DNA from: Basidiobolus meristosporus CBS 931.73 | Lineage: Eukaryota > Fungi > Basidiobolomycota | Assembly (NCBI GenBank): GCA_002104905.1 | Contig: MCFE01000019.1 | Coordinates: 1-64,000 of the forward strand | Length of the DNA stretch: 64,000 nt | Reading direction: 5' to 3' | Shown here: in pieces, positions 62,601 to 64,000 of the stretch | Layout of the letters: each line of letters starts with the position of its first letter | Position numbering within the stretch: position 1 is the first letter of the stretch | Notes under the pieces: generated by a model | What the model was told of the DNA's origin: nothing | What the model saw: only the letters and a program-made list of their open reading frames with translations | Database searches by the model: none | Translations under genes and position numbers: made by a program

Positions 62601-63315
62601 TTGCAGACGTTTCTTATTCAGGTGATGTCAAAGGTGAGATTTTCTGTGTATTTCCAGGTAATATTTCAAGAATCCTGATGAGACAGGCTTTGTCTCATGT
62701 TTTTCACGGGTTTATGCCACAATGCATTCGTATCTTTTCCGTTCAGCGGAATCGGCAATCCTGGTTTCTAGACAGCACACACTGGGAACAGAGTGATTGC
62801 ATGCGGATTATAATTGATCCCTATCAGTAGGTGTCCAGGGAAATCTGATCGGTATTCCTCGCTGCCAGGTTTCCCCGAGTTTACTGAAGAATTGCCAGCT
62901 TGACAGATTAGATTTGGTCTGTCTGCTCCATGGACCAGTGCTCTCCAATGGCCGTGCCCCATATCCAGGTGTAGCAGTGTTGAATTCGTAATACCTTGCG
63001 AAGGTTTTACCTCGATTATGCTACTCCTCGCATGAATATGCAGGATGTGTTATCGGGTCTGGGATTTTCCTTTTAGGCGCTGAAGAGTGGATCCCGCAAA
63101 GTTTGACATTTTATCAGCTAGTGTCTGAGAAACGGCAACACTCGGTGGGAGGGAATATCCGTTCGACGTAAGCAGACGTAGAAATCAATCAATCAATCAA
63201 TCAGCATCCATTGTGGCCTGACCTGAAGTAGTCAGGAATGTGTATATAATAGACGCGACCGCCTCTCGTTGTAGCCACATGAAGTATGCCATAAAATAGA
63301 CAGAGTTACTTGAAA

Positions 63316-64000
63316 ATGTCAATACGGAGCTCTTGTTTGGCCAACGCAACCTCGAAATCACGCACGAAACCGTCGACCGAAACATTACTAGGTAAGGTCC
63401 GTCTGTGTGGAAGGTAGTGTGGCGTTCTAACAGTTGCTGATACATAGGCATAACAGTGGAGATTATTCAGTATATCTGGCCAGACGAGCTACTTGATCAC
63501 CAACCAATTTCCCTCCGCACTTTCATTGAAGAGATCCTACGCCGGTCGGGCGTATCTTTCTCCATCCTATTTGCCGCTCTAATTTACCTGTTTCGATTTA
63601 AGAGCGCTCTAAACCTCAAGGACCATCAAACCGATGGCTTCCCTTCAACGTGTAAGGCTAGCAAATCAGGCCGTAGAATGTTCATCGCTTCGATCATCGT
63701 TGCCTCCAAATATCTGGAAGACCGAAGCCTTCCCAACTCACGCTGGTCGCACTTGACTGGCCTTAGCATCCCGGAAATAAATGCCAACGAACGGATATTT
63801 CTGGCACACTTGGGCTTTCGGCTATTCATGTCCCCGTCTTTGTTCACCTGGTGGATTACTCATCTCTTGGACAATTTAAATAATGCAGCTAAAACGACGC
63901 ACAGCAGGAGGAAAGCCAGCTGCGAGATTGCCTCCTTTAGGATCCGTGGGGTGCCTTTAAAAACCAGAAAACGAAGTATCCGAGTGCAGGCAAGGACTAG
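63316..64000 (+). CDS. Pho85-type (Pcl/Pho80 family) cyclin; runs off the window end; not in the ORF track
   Basis: Exon 63316-63391 and intron to 63456, then LRTFIEEILRRSGVSFSILFAALIYLFR...RRMFIASIIVASKYLEDRSLPNSRWSHLTGLSIPEINANERIFL. The frame is open to 64000. Confidence 0.9.

Overview
Eukaryotic genomic DNA from a fungus. Short GT-AG introns, DASH Ask1, Atg22, Reg1, Pcl cyclin and Pga1-like genes indicate this. An early-diverging lineage such as Zoopagomycota/Basidiobolus is my inference, not something the sequence proves. About 24 protein-coding genes can be reconstructed by splicing the ORF fragments: MSS4, TTI2, PGA1-like, LEE1/Cps3-like, ERV1, YJU2, a SLX1-type GIY-YIG nuclease, REG1-like, VPS24, an ENT nucleoside transporter, an SH3 protein, an INPP5E-like phosphatase, a secretory-pathway zinc deaminase, two F-box proteins, a FAXDC2-like hydroxylase, GOS1, YecM-like, ATG22, ASK1, 14-3-3 and a Pcl cyclin, plus a few hypotheticals. 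Between YJU2 and REG1 (about 11.3-24.2 kb) lies a transposon graveyard. It has two nearly CpG-free islands, a fossil CACTA/EnSpm transposase and at least five decayed copies of a ~320-bp module with a reconstructable ~100-codon reading frame. One intact, spliced GIY-YIG gene lacking the SLX1 zinc finger survives at its edge. I found no tRNA, rRNA or CRISPR array. I cannot claim a complete new system. The best leads are the orphan GIY-YIG nuclease, the amplified coding module, an Ask1 with a predicted C-terminal winged helix, the signal-peptide/KQEL deaminase and the intronless YecM gene. Coordinates and splice sites were read by eye and may be off by a few bases.
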